From positions 2,208 to 66,207 of the forward strand of contig CAKSRC010000003.1 in NCBI GenBank assembly GCA_934486915.1: a stretch of DNA of 64,000 nucleotides. The letters run 5' to 3'. The translations under genes and the position numbers were made by a program. The notes beneath the pieces were generated by a model that saw only the letters and a list, made by a program, of their open reading frames with translations, had not been told where the DNA came from and made no database searches. This DNA comes from an uncultured Eubacteriales bacterium. Its GTDB lineage: Bacteria; Bacillota; Clostridia; Oscillospirales; Acutalibacteraceae. Below, one piece after another: positions 21,302-29,884 of this stretch. Positions within the stretch are counted from its first letter, which is position 1; every line of letters begins with the position of its first letter.

Positions 21302-22102
21302 TCAACTGTCTTTTTGGAGATCTATGTACTCACAATACTCCTCAAGGCATAAATCCAAAGCTCGCATCTTCTTAGCATTTTCTACACCCACAAAACGAAA
21401 GATTGAACCTGAAAATGTCATGGATGTCTCATCTTCCTTAGACTTAGGGTAACGCACTATAAAACCGTAATCAACACAATTTTTATTAAGCCATTTGTAC
21501 TCATCTAAGTTTAAAATTTCATCCTTGGACTTATTTCCCGCAAAATCAAATTCAACACTGAGCCCCGTCTGGAAATCACTTTTTCCACCGGGCGGTACAA
21601 TCTTTTCAGCCTCTGCCTTCGAACGCACGGGTGAAAAACCGTTTTCACTCATTTGCCTACTTACCTCGTTTTGATACAACACCTCTTGATCCTCATAACT
21701 TATATAACCGCTTTTTAAATTTAAAGATATATCGTCTTTATTAGCATCATTTATCATTTGGCTTAGTGGTTCTACAATCATTTTTTCCATTTTAACATTT
21801 TTATATGAACTTAAATCATATTTATAATCCTTAGGTATTGGATTTTGCAAATTAACCAACGTAAGAAGTTTACTCTTTTCCTCAGATGTAAAACCCATTT
21901 GGGCTAAAGTTTCCACATCTTTTTTATTTTCTATGTAAAAAAAACTTTTTATCATCTCGTTATTTTCTTTAACAATTAAAAAAGTGCCACCAAGAGCTAC
22001 AACTACAATTAAAATAGGTACAAATACTTTTAAAAAATTAACCCTATCATATGCAGTCCTCCTATATCGCCTTTTTTTTTGTTTTTTAATTTTATAAGCC
22101 AT
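21302..22102 (-). CDS. VanY/LdcB-like (M15B) D,D/L,D-carboxypeptidase homologue lacking the metal-binding residues
   Basis: N-terminal TM anchor; NLQNPIPKDY, WLNKNCVDYGFIVRYP. However, the SEHQTGLxxD motif reads SDFQTGLSVE and EPWHxRYVG reads SGSIFRFVG. Confidence 0.75.
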   Translation of the reverse strand: MAYKIKKQKKRRYRRTAYDRVNFLKVFVPILIVVVALGGTFLIVKENNEMIKSFFYIENKKDVETLAQMGFTSEEKSKLLTLVNLQNPIPKDYKYDLSSYKNVKMEKMIVEPLSQMINDANKDDISLNLKSGYISYEDQEVLYQNEVSRQMSENGFSPVRSKAEAEKIVPPGGKSDFQTGLSVEFDFAGNKSKDEILNLDEYKWLNKNCVDYGFIVRYPKSKEDETSMTFSGSIFRFVGVENAKKMRALDLCLEEYCEYIDLQKDS

Positions 22103-22283
22103 AATTTTTACCCCTTTGGATCAATTAAAAAATAGACCTTCGTATTGTTTAATTCTAAAACAAAACTCATTTTTTTTCAAGTACAAACATTTTTATTCAA
22201 AAATTGCCTTTTTATACTTTTCAAAAAAGCAATAATAGTGTATTATATATAATATATTAATGTTTAAAGGAGTCGTTCGAAGT

Positions 22284-24029
22284 ATGAGAAAAACAAAAAT
22301 AATTTGCACATTGGGTCCCTCCACTGATAATGAAGAAACCCTTAAGCAGCTCATGTTAAATGGTATGGATGTTGCAAGGGTAAATATGTCTCACCAAGAC
22401 CACGATACACATAGACGAAGAGCAAATATGGTTAAGAAACTAAGAGAAGAAGTTTCTCTTCCTGTTGCTCTATTATTAGATACGAAGGGTCCTGAAATTA
22501 GAACAGGTACTTTTGCAGAATCTAAAGTATTATTAAAGAAAGGTCAAAAATTTACTCTAACCACGGACGATATTGAGGGAGATGTAAATGGCTGCAGCAT
22601 AAGCTTTAAAGACCTTCCAAAAGATGTAAGAAAAGATTCAACCATATTGATAGATGATGGATTAATCGAACTTTCAGTCGACAAAGTTGTAAACAACAAC
22701 ATTGAATGTACTGTAATAAATGGAGGAGTTGTTTCTTCAAATAAAGGCATAAATGTGCCGGGAGTACAACTTTCACTACCATTCCTAAACGAAAAAGATA
22801 AATCTGATATAAAGTTTGCAGTAGAAGAGGACTTCGACTTCATAGCAGCTTCTTTTACACGTACAGCCGACGACATTATAGCATTAAAAAAAGAACTTAA
22901 AAAATATAATTGCGATAACATAAAAATAATCGCTAAAATCGAAAATGGCGATGGTGTTAAAAATATTGACGACATCCTAAGAGTAGCCGATGGAATAATG
23001 GTTGCAAGAGGAGATTTAGGTGTTGAAATACCTATAGAAGATATCCCAATAATCCAAAAAATGCTCATTAAGAAAGCTTTTGAAGACGGAAGAATCGTTA
23101 TAACCGCTACTCAAATGTTGGATTCAATGATTAAAAATCCAAGACCTACAAGAGCTGAAACAACAGACGTTGCAAATGCAATATATGACGGTACCAGCGC
23201 AATTATGCTTTCAGGCGAAACCGCAGCCGGCGCTTACCCTGTCGAAGCTGTCAAGACCATGTCCATAATAGCAAAGACGACCGAAAAGGATATAGATTAC
23301 CTAAAACGATTTAGAAAAAGCGAAATGCCTGAAAATCCAAACGTAACTTCTGCAATATCTCACGCTGCATGTACAACAGCCCATGACTTAAATGCAAAAG
23401 CTATATTAGCTGTTTCTAAATCCGGAAGAACCGCAAAAATGATTTCAAAGTTTAGGCCTAATTGCCCTATAATAGGCGGAACAACCGAACCCAAGGTTTT
23501 AAGGCAAATGAACCTATTTTGGGGAGTTATACCAGTAATGATAGAGGAGCAGGCTTCCGGCACTGATCTATTAGAATACATAACTGAGGTTGCAAAAAAG
23601 GGTGGTTATGTAAATGACGGAGACTTGGTAGTAATCTCTGCAGGTGTACCTGTCGGCATATCAGGAAGCACCAACCTTATAAAAGTCGATTTAGTAGGTG
23701 ATGTATTGGTAACAGGAACAAGTGTTACTCCTGGTATAGTTTGCGGCAACCTTTGCGTTTGCAAAAATGAGCAGGAAGCAAGAAAGCGTTTCAAAAACGG
23801 GGATATCCTAGTAATTCCTGAAACATCCAACGGAATCCTAAATATAATGAAATATGCTTCTGCAATAATAACTGAAAATAATGGCATTAATTCTCATGCC
23901 GCTGTTGTAGGTTTGGCTCTAGATAAACCCGTAATGATAGGCGCATACAATGCGACAAACATTTTAAAGAATGGCACTACTGTCACAGTTGACTGCAGTA
24001 AAGGATTAATTTTCAGCGGCACTTGCTAA
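22284..24029 (+). CDS. pyk: pyruvate kinase with C-terminal PEP-utilizer mobile domain
   Basis: MRKTKIICTLGPS..., MVARGDLGVEIP, C-terminal swivel domain ...SHAAVV. ATG 22284 follows RBS AAAGGAG. Confidence 0.95.
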   Translation: MRKTKIICTLGPSTDNEETLKQLMLNGMDVARVNMSHQDHDTHRRRANMVKKLREEVSLPVALLLDTKGPEIRTGTFAESKVLLKKGQKFTLTTDDIEGDVNGCSISFKDLPKDVRKDSTILIDDGLIELSVDKVVNNNIECTVINGGVVSSNKGINVPGVQLSLPFLNEKDKSDIKFAVEEDFDFIAASFTRTADDIIALKKELKKYNCDNIKIIAKIENGDGVKNIDDILRVADGIMVARGDLGVEIPIEDIPIIQKMLIKKAFEDGRIVITATQMLDSMIKNPRPTRAETTDVANAIYDGTSAIMLSGETAAGAYPVEAVKTMSIIAKTTEKDIDYLKRFRKSEMPENPNVTSAISHAACTTAHDLNAKAILAVSKSGRTAKMISKFRPNCPIIGGTTEPKVLRQMNLFWGVIPVMIEEQASGTDLLEYITEVAKKGGYVNDGDLVVISAGVPVGISGSTNLIKVDLVGDVLVTGTSVTPGIVCGNLCVCKNEQEARKRFKNGDILVIPETSNGILNIMKYASAIITENNGINSHAAVVGLALDKPVMIGAYNATNILKNGTTVTVDCSKGLIFSGTC

Positions 24030-24050
24030 CTTACATATAAAATAATAAAC

Positions 24051-24088
24051 AGCCGAGTATCAAATAAAAGATACTCGGCTTTCCTATT
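24051..24088 (+). terminator. rho-independent terminator after pyk
   Basis: AGCCGAGTAT / ATACTCGGCT stem followed by TTCCTATT. Confidence 0.7.
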
Positions 24089-24104
24089 AGGTTTAGTTTA
24101 TATA

Positions 24105-24148
24105 CTAAAAGTATGCCAATACAAAATATTGCATTGGCATACTTTTTT
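24105..24148. terminator. bidirectional terminator (pyk / GNAT gene)
   Basis: AGTATGCCAAT / ATTGGCATACT stem, TTTTTT on the plus strand and TTTT on the minus strand. Confidence 0.7.
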
Positions 24149-24683
24149 ATACTCCCTCTAAATATGGCACTTCGTCTCTTAAAATAGAATACATGCATGA
24201 ATTTTGAACTACATCATATTTACAAATATGATTTCTCAATGTCCCTTCATAAGTAAATCCCGCTTTTTCCAAGCAACGCCTAGAGGCAGTGTTTATCTCA
24301 AAGGTTTCGGCATAAATCCTTTCAATATTGCAGTACTTAAATGCCAAATTACACATATATACTATGGCGCTTGTCATAATTCCATTGCCCCAAAAAGGTA
24401 CTCCCAACCAATACCCTATTTCAGCGGATTTTCTATACACATCATCCTGTCTATTAAACATAATTGAAATAGTTCCTATAAACTTATCATCCATACAAAT
24501 AGCCCTTGCTATCCTATTTGTATGTTCCCTATCGAGGCATGCTTTAATAAACCTTTCCGCATCCTCGACACTATATGGCTGGGGAAAGTCATCCCTTATA
24601 AAAGCAGCTATCCTTTTATCATTCGCATAATGTGCTAAATCTTTGGCATCAGACTCTAAAAACTCCCTTATTGATACATCCAT
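24147..24683 (-). CDS. GNAT family N-acetyltransferase (RimJ/RimL-like)
   Basis: WGNGIMTSA...CLEKAGFTYEG. ATG 24683 is preceded by RBS GAAGGTGA. Confidence 0.85.
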   Translation of the reverse strand: MDVSIREFLESDAKDLAHYANDKRIAAFIRDDFPQPYSVEDAERFIKACLDREHTNRIARAICMDDKFIGTISIMFNRQDDVYRKSAEIGYWLGVPFWGNGIMTSAIVYMCNLAFKYCNIERIYAETFEINTASRRCLEKAGFTYEGTLRNHICKYDVVQNSCMYSILRDEVPYLEGV

Positions 24684-24721
24684 ACTTTCACCTTCTTTAG
24701 GATTCACGATAATGAATCGTC

Positions 24722-25366
24722 TTAGTTACTATTTACAAAAAACTCACAAAAATCATGCATCACGCACTCATGACATTTTGGTTTTGCTGCTTTGCAAACT
24801 GCCCTGCCATGAAGTACAAGCCTATGACAAAAATCATTTGATTCATCGCTGTCGAGTGCATCTCTTAATATCATTTCAATCTTATATGGGTCTTTAAGCT
24901 TATGAAATCCCAACCTATTTGTAATTCTAATGCAGTGGGTGTCCACAACTACGGCAGGTTTTGAAAAAACATCGCCTAAAATGAGGTTAGCTGTCTTACG
25001 TCCAACACCTTGCAATGAAATTAACTCCTCCATTGTGCTTGGTACTTTTGAATCATAATTTTCTACCAATTGCCTAGACATTGCAAGTATATCCCTAGCC
25101 TTTGTTTTATAAAGGCCACATGATTTTATGTATTCTTCGATTTCACTAATATCAGCCCTAGCAAAATCTTTTGGAGTCTTAAACCTTTCAAACAACGCAG
25201 GAGTTACCATATTTACTCTTGCATCAGTGCATTGAGCCGCAAGACGTGTTGCGACAAGCAGTTGAAACGGGTCACTATATGAAAGCGAACATATAGCATC
25301 CGGGTATTCCCTCTTTAATGCCTCAACTGCAAGTTTTCCTAATTCTTTATTGTCCATAAAAATCAC
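24722..25366 (-). CDS. nth: endonuclease III
   Basis: HhH-GPD LQGVGRKTANL, FeS cluster loop C.......C..C....C. Start is GTG 25366 or ATG 25357. Confidence 0.9.
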   Translation of the reverse strand: MIFMDNKELGKLAVEALKREYPDAICSLSYSDPFQLLVATRLAAQCTDARVNMVTPALFERFKTPKDFARADISEIEEYIKSCGLYKTKARDILAMSRQLVENYDSKVPSTMEELISLQGVGRKTANLILGDVFSKPAVVVDTHCIRITNRLGFHKLKDPYKIEMILRDALDSDESNDFCHRLVLHGRAVCKAAKPKCHECVMHDFCEFFVNSN

Positions 25367-25378
25367 TGCCCAACAAGC

Positions 25379-27148
25379 TTATTCTTTAATGTTAATGGAA
25401 ATGGAAAGTTCGTCGAGTTGCTTTTGGTCTACAGGCGCAGGAGATTGTGTCATAAGTTCTGCAGAACTTGCAACTTTTGGGAAAGCCATAACATCCCTAA
25501 TGCTTGGGCAATCAAGCATTAACATTACAAGCCTGTCAAGACCAAACGCCATTCCACCATGAGGAGGTGCACCGTATTTAAATGCATCTATTAAATATCC
25601 AAAGCGTCTTCTTGCTTCCTCTTGCGAGAATCCCAAAGCCTTGAACATTCTTTCTTGAAGTTCAGGATTATTTATTCTTATTGAACCTCCGCCTACTTCG
25701 TTGCCGTTTAAAACTAAGTCATATGCGATTGAATTAACTGAATATGGGTCTGATTCAAGTTTTTCTATGTCTTCTATACATGGATGTGTAAATGGGTGAT
25801 GCTTTGAAACATATCTATTTTCTTCTTTGCTATACTCAAACAAAGGAAAATCAGTAACCCAAAGAAGTGAAGGCTTACTCTTATCTATTAGATCAAGCTT
25901 TTCTGCCAACTTACATCTAAGTGCACCTAAGCTATCAAACACTACATCATTTTCGTCGCTTGCAACTATAAATAACAAGTCACCGTTTTCAGCCTGAAGT
26001 TTATCTCTAATAGCTTTAATTTCTTCTTGAGATAAGAATTTTTCAAATGAAGAGGTTGATGTACCATCATCATTAATTTTAGTATAAGCAAGACCTTTTG
26101 CACCATAGTCTTTAATCCAAGCTGAAAGCTTGTCTATTTCTTTTCTACCAATTTTAGAAGCGGCAGCTTTTGCATTTATTCCACGTATTGAACCGCTTTC
26201 TACTGCAGAAGCAAACACCCTAAACTCCGTATTTTTGAGCTCATTTGTTAAGTCTACAAGCTCTAAACCAAATCTTAGGTCAGGTTTATCGGAACCAAAG
26301 CGATTCATTGCCTCTTTGTAGGTCATTCTTAGGAATTTATCTTCTAAAGTGATTCCAAGAACCTCTTTATATACCTTTTTCATAAAGCCTTCTGCAATAT
26401 TCATGACATCCTCTTGGTCAACAAAAGACATTTCAAGGTCAATTTGAGTAAATTCCGGTTGTCTGTCAGCCCTTAAATCCTCATCTCTAAAGCACTTAGC
26501 TATTTGCATATATCTATCAAAGCCCGAAAGCATAGTAAGCTGCTTATAAAGCTGCGGCGATTGAGGCAAAGCAAAGAAATTGCCCGGGAAAACTCTGGAC
26601 GGAACTAAATAGTCCCTTGCTCCTTCGGGAGTTGATTTTATTAAAATAGGTGTCTCTATTTCTATAAATCCATTATTGTCAAAGTAGTCTCTCGCAACCT
26701 TTACAATCTTATGCCTTTTTATAATTTTTTCTTGTACTTCGGGTATTCTCAAGTCTAAATATCTATATTTAAGCCTTAAATCTTCCTTTGCGCTGCAGTC
26801 ATTTATAATTTCAAACGGCGTAGTCTCGGATTTTGCCAAAAGCTCTAAGTCATTTACTTCAATCTCTATTTCGCCGGTTGGAATCTCTAAATTCTTAGAG
26901 CTTCTCTCTTTGACAATTCCCTTAGCAGAGATAACGTACTCGGATCTAAGATTAAATGCCATATCAAAAAGCTCTTTGCTTGTTTTATCATCAAAAGCCA
27001 ATTGAACTATACCGCTTCTATCCCTTATGTCCACAAAAATAAGCTTGCCAAGGTCTCTTTGCCTTTGCACCCATCCGCTTACAACAACTTCTTTTCCTAT
27101 ATCTTCTTTTCTAAATACTCCACAATAATGTGTTCGTTTTAACCTCAT
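25379..27148 (-). CDS. aspS: aspartate--tRNA ligase
   Basis: 589 aa; class II motifs FRDEDLRADRQPEFTQID, GLDRLVM. Confidence 0.95.
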   Translation of the reverse strand: MRLKRTHYCGVFRKEDIGKEVVVSGWVQRQRDLGKLIFVDIRDRSGIVQLAFDDKTSKELFDMAFNLRSEYVISAKGIVKERSSKNLEIPTGEIEIEVNDLELLAKSETTPFEIINDCSAKEDLRLKYRYLDLRIPEVQEKIIKRHKIVKVARDYFDNNGFIEIETPILIKSTPEGARDYLVPSRVFPGNFFALPQSPQLYKQLTMLSGFDRYMQIAKCFRDEDLRADRQPEFTQIDLEMSFVDQEDVMNIAEGFMKKVYKEVLGITLEDKFLRMTYKEAMNRFGSDKPDLRFGLELVDLTNELKNTEFRVFASAVESGSIRGINAKAAASKIGRKEIDKLSAWIKDYGAKGLAYTKINDDGTSTSSFEKFLSQEEIKAIRDKLQAENGDLLFIVASDENDVVFDSLGALRCKLAEKLDLIDKSKPSLLWVTDFPLFEYSKEENRYVSKHHPFTHPCIEDIEKLESDPYSVNSIAYDLVLNGNEVGGGSIRINNPELQERMFKALGFSQEEARRRFGYLIDAFKYGAPPHGGMAFGLDRLVMLMLDCPSIRDVMAFPKVASSAELMTQSPAPVDQKQLDELSISINIKE

Positions 27149-27181
27149 ATGTTTACATCCTTTATCTTATATTTATATTGC

Positions 27182-28468
27182 TTAGCCATTAAATTTTTCT
27201 ATATGGAGCCTGAAAAACTCAGATGCGAAATTTTCACCAATAGATATTCGACTTCTTTCTGAAAGAGGCATATATTTAATTTCCGCACTATTTCTTTCAA
27301 TCTCATCATCGCCAAGTACCATACTAAATTTAGCATTGATTTTATTTGCATACTTCATTTGAGCTTTAACACTTTTGCCCACTAAATCAATTTCACATAT
27401 AAGCCCTGATTTTCTTATTTCATTTGCAAGTTTAAATGCCTTTAATCCTGCCTTTTGGCCTATTGAAGCAATGTATAAGTCACATCCTTCAGGTTTTGGA
27501 ATGTCTATATTTTGCTTTTCCATAGCGAGCATAAGCCTTTCAATTCCAATTCCAAAGCCCAAAGACGGCATACTGGGTCCACCTATTTCCTCAATAAGAC
27601 CATCATATCTTCCGCCGCCGCATATTGCCCCTTGAGCTCCTATATCCTCACATACAAATTCAAATACGGTTTTAGTATAATAATCAAGTCCTCTTACAAT
27701 CCTTGGATTTACCTTATACTCGATATTTATAGCATCTAAATAGCCCTTAACTTCCTCAAAATGTTTAGAACATTCGTCGCATAGATAGTCTAAAATCACG
27801 GGTGCATTTATAGCTATCTCCCTACATGACGGATTTTTGCAATCGAGTATTCTCATAGGATTACGTGAAAGTCTATCTATACATGTATGGCATAGATTTG
27901 ATTTATTTTCTTCAAAATAAGCCTTTAAAGCCTCGTTATATTTTTGCCTGCAGTGAGGGCAGCCAATAGAATTTATTTGAAGTGAAATATTCTTAAGATC
28001 CAAACGTTTAAACAATGAACAAGCCATACTAATAAGTTCGGCATCAGCAGATGGACTTCCTGCCCCAAATACCTCTAAACCAAACTGGTGAAATTCTCTA
28101 AGTCTGCCGGCTTGAGGTTTTTCGTATCTATAGCACGAGCTTAAATAATAGGTTTTAAGCGGAAGGCCATCATTATAAAGCCCATGTTCAAGCATAGAAC
28201 GTGCCACACCTGCAGTACCTTCCGGACGAAGTGTGATTGATCTTCCTCCCTTATCATCAAAAGTATACATTTCCTTTTGAACTACATCACTTGTTTGCCC
28301 TACTGATCTTGAAAACAACTCAGTATGTTCAAATACGGGTGTCCTTATTTCCTTAAAGCCATATAACAAAGCTTCTTGCTTAAGTATTCCTTCTACAAAA
28401 TCCAATTTATAGCTATCCTTAGGAAGTACATCATTTGTACCTTTTATAGCCTTAGTTATTAACTCCAT
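27182..28468 (-). CDS. hisS: histidine--tRNA ligase
   Basis: 428 aa; LRPEGTA, YRYEKPQAGRLREFHQ, GGGRYD. Confidence 0.95.
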   Translation of the reverse strand: MELITKAIKGTNDVLPKDSYKLDFVEGILKQEALLYGFKEIRTPVFEHTELFSRSVGQTSDVVQKEMYTFDDKGGRSITLRPEGTAGVARSMLEHGLYNDGLPLKTYYLSSCYRYEKPQAGRLREFHQFGLEVFGAGSPSADAELISMACSLFKRLDLKNISLQINSIGCPHCRQKYNEALKAYFEENKSNLCHTCIDRLSRNPMRILDCKNPSCREIAINAPVILDYLCDECSKHFEEVKGYLDAINIEYKVNPRIVRGLDYYTKTVFEFVCEDIGAQGAICGGGRYDGLIEEIGGPSMPSLGFGIGIERLMLAMEKQNIDIPKPEGCDLYIASIGQKAGLKAFKLANEIRKSGLICEIDLVGKSVKAQMKYANKINAKFSMVLGDDEIERNSAEIKYMPLSERSRISIGENFASEFFRLHIEKFNG

Positions 28469-28494
28469 CGAATTCCTCCACTCATCTTATAAAT

Positions 28495-28527
28495 TAAAAA
28501 ATCCGCCCCGATTAAGGGACGGAAGCA
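28495..28527 (-). terminator. terminator-like hairpin between mgsA and hisS
   Basis: Minus strand CCGTCCC-TTAAT-CGGGGCGG followed by ATTTTTT. Confidence 0.55.
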
Positions 28528-28589
28528 AATCCATTTTAATATTTTTCCCGCCACTGATGGCCTTAATTATGTAAACTAAAAGAAAATAT

Positions 28590-28994
28590 CTAGAATCTTG
28601 GACTTATGATATCTCGCCAAGCAAGATCTCCTCTTTCCAAGCCGTGAATTAAAACTTCGGCTGTTGCAATATTTGTTGCAAGAGGAATACTATGCATATC
28701 ACAAAGCCTCAAAAGATTTACTTCATTAGGGTCATCAAGTTTATCACTCAATGGATCCCTAAAAAATAGAAGCATATCTATTTCATTACAAGAGATTCTC
28801 GCAGCGATTTGATGCACACCTCCTTGAGATCCTGATAATAATCTTTCAATGTTAAGACCCGTCGCCTCTTTTACCATTTTGCCTGTCGTGCCCGTTGCGC
28901 ACAAGTAATGGCTACTCAAAGCTCCACAATACGCAATACAAAACTGCACCATTAACTCTTTTTTGCTGTCATGCGCAATTAAAGCAATATTCAT
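28590..28994 (-). CDS. mgsA: methylglyoxal synthase
   Basis: MNIALIAHDSKK...ATGTTG...HDVD-like core; 134 aa. Confidence 0.9.
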   Translation of the reverse strand: MNIALIAHDSKKELMVQFCIAYCGALSSHYLCATGTTGKMVKEATGLNIERLLSGSQGGVHQIAARISCNEIDMLLFFRDPLSDKLDDPNEVNLLRLCDMHSIPLATNIATAEVLIHGLERGDLAWRDIISPRF

Positions 28995-29018
28995 TAAAAT
29001 TCCCCCTAATATTTCTTT

Positions 29019-29765
29019 TTATAACTTCCTTAAAGACGGAAGCGGTATTCTTTCACCGTTTAACCGTCCTGCTAACCTTTTAATAGCTCTTATCATATGA
29101 GATTTACTAGAAGGTAAAACTCCGTTTGATAATAACAGCGCTGACTCCCCGTCTTCAGGAACTATTGCAATAAGTTGCATCCCAGAAGTATCTATCACTT
29201 GATCCAAATCATCATAGACACGAGTTTTTTGAAAAAGTTTCCTGTCAAAACGGTTAATAACAAGTCTTAGTTCCTCAACACCATTTTCTTCCAAAATATC
29301 CCTTGCTTTTCTAACATTTGCAACACTTATAGGATTGGGTGTAGCGATTAAAAGAGCATTGTTTGAACAGCCTATAGCGGATAAAAAACCATTGCCAATC
29401 CCGGCAGGACAATCTATTAATATATAATCATAATACTTTGATAACATATCAACCAATTTATGAAAAACCTCTTGTTTAAGATCGTTTTTTAAATCCCTTG
29501 GTGCCGGCAATAAGAACAAATTATCGTTAAACTCGCACTTGTATATGGCTTTCATAACAGTACAATTACCATTAACAATATCTGAAATATCATAAACTAA
29601 ATTTTTTCTTATCCCAAGCATATGTTCAAGGCTTGCAAGCCCAGAATCCATATCTATAAGAAGCACTCTTTGATTCGCTTCTGCAAGTTGTAAGCCCAAA
29701 CAAGCTGTGGTTGTCGACTTGCCGACTCCACCCTTGCCCGATGCAATCATAGTAATATTCCCCAT
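29019..29765 (-). CDS. minD: MinD/ParA-family septum site-determining ATPase
   Basis: Deviant Walker A GKGGVGKST. ATG 29765 follows RBS AAGAGGT. Confidence 0.8.
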   Translation of the reverse strand: MGNITMIASGKGGVGKSTTTACLGLQLAEANQRVLLIDMDSGLASLEHMLGIRKNLVYDISDIVNGNCTVMKAIYKCEFNDNLFLLPAPRDLKNDLKQEVFHKLVDMLSKYYDYILIDCPAGIGNGFLSAIGCSNNALLIATPNPISVANVRKARDILEENGVEELRLVINRFDRKLFQKTRVYDDLDQVIDTSGMQLIAIVPEDGESALLLSNGVLPSSKSHMIRAIKRLAGRLNGERIPLPSLRKL

Positions 29766-29884
29766 TAAATTATTACCTCTTGTTTCATAATACCACAACA
29801 TAACAAAATAGTCAAAATGTTTTTAAGTGGTCTATCATTATATATTTAAATTTCAAATCTATATTAATGCTATATGCAATACAA

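Noticed and set aside
28469-28589. Possible T-box leader upstream of hisS-aspS.
   Set aside because: Only 121 nt is available. There is no AGAGA/specifier stem, and the T-box consensus (AGGGTGGNACCGCG) is absent; only CAGTGGCGGG is present. A single terminator-like hairpin is all that can be supported.
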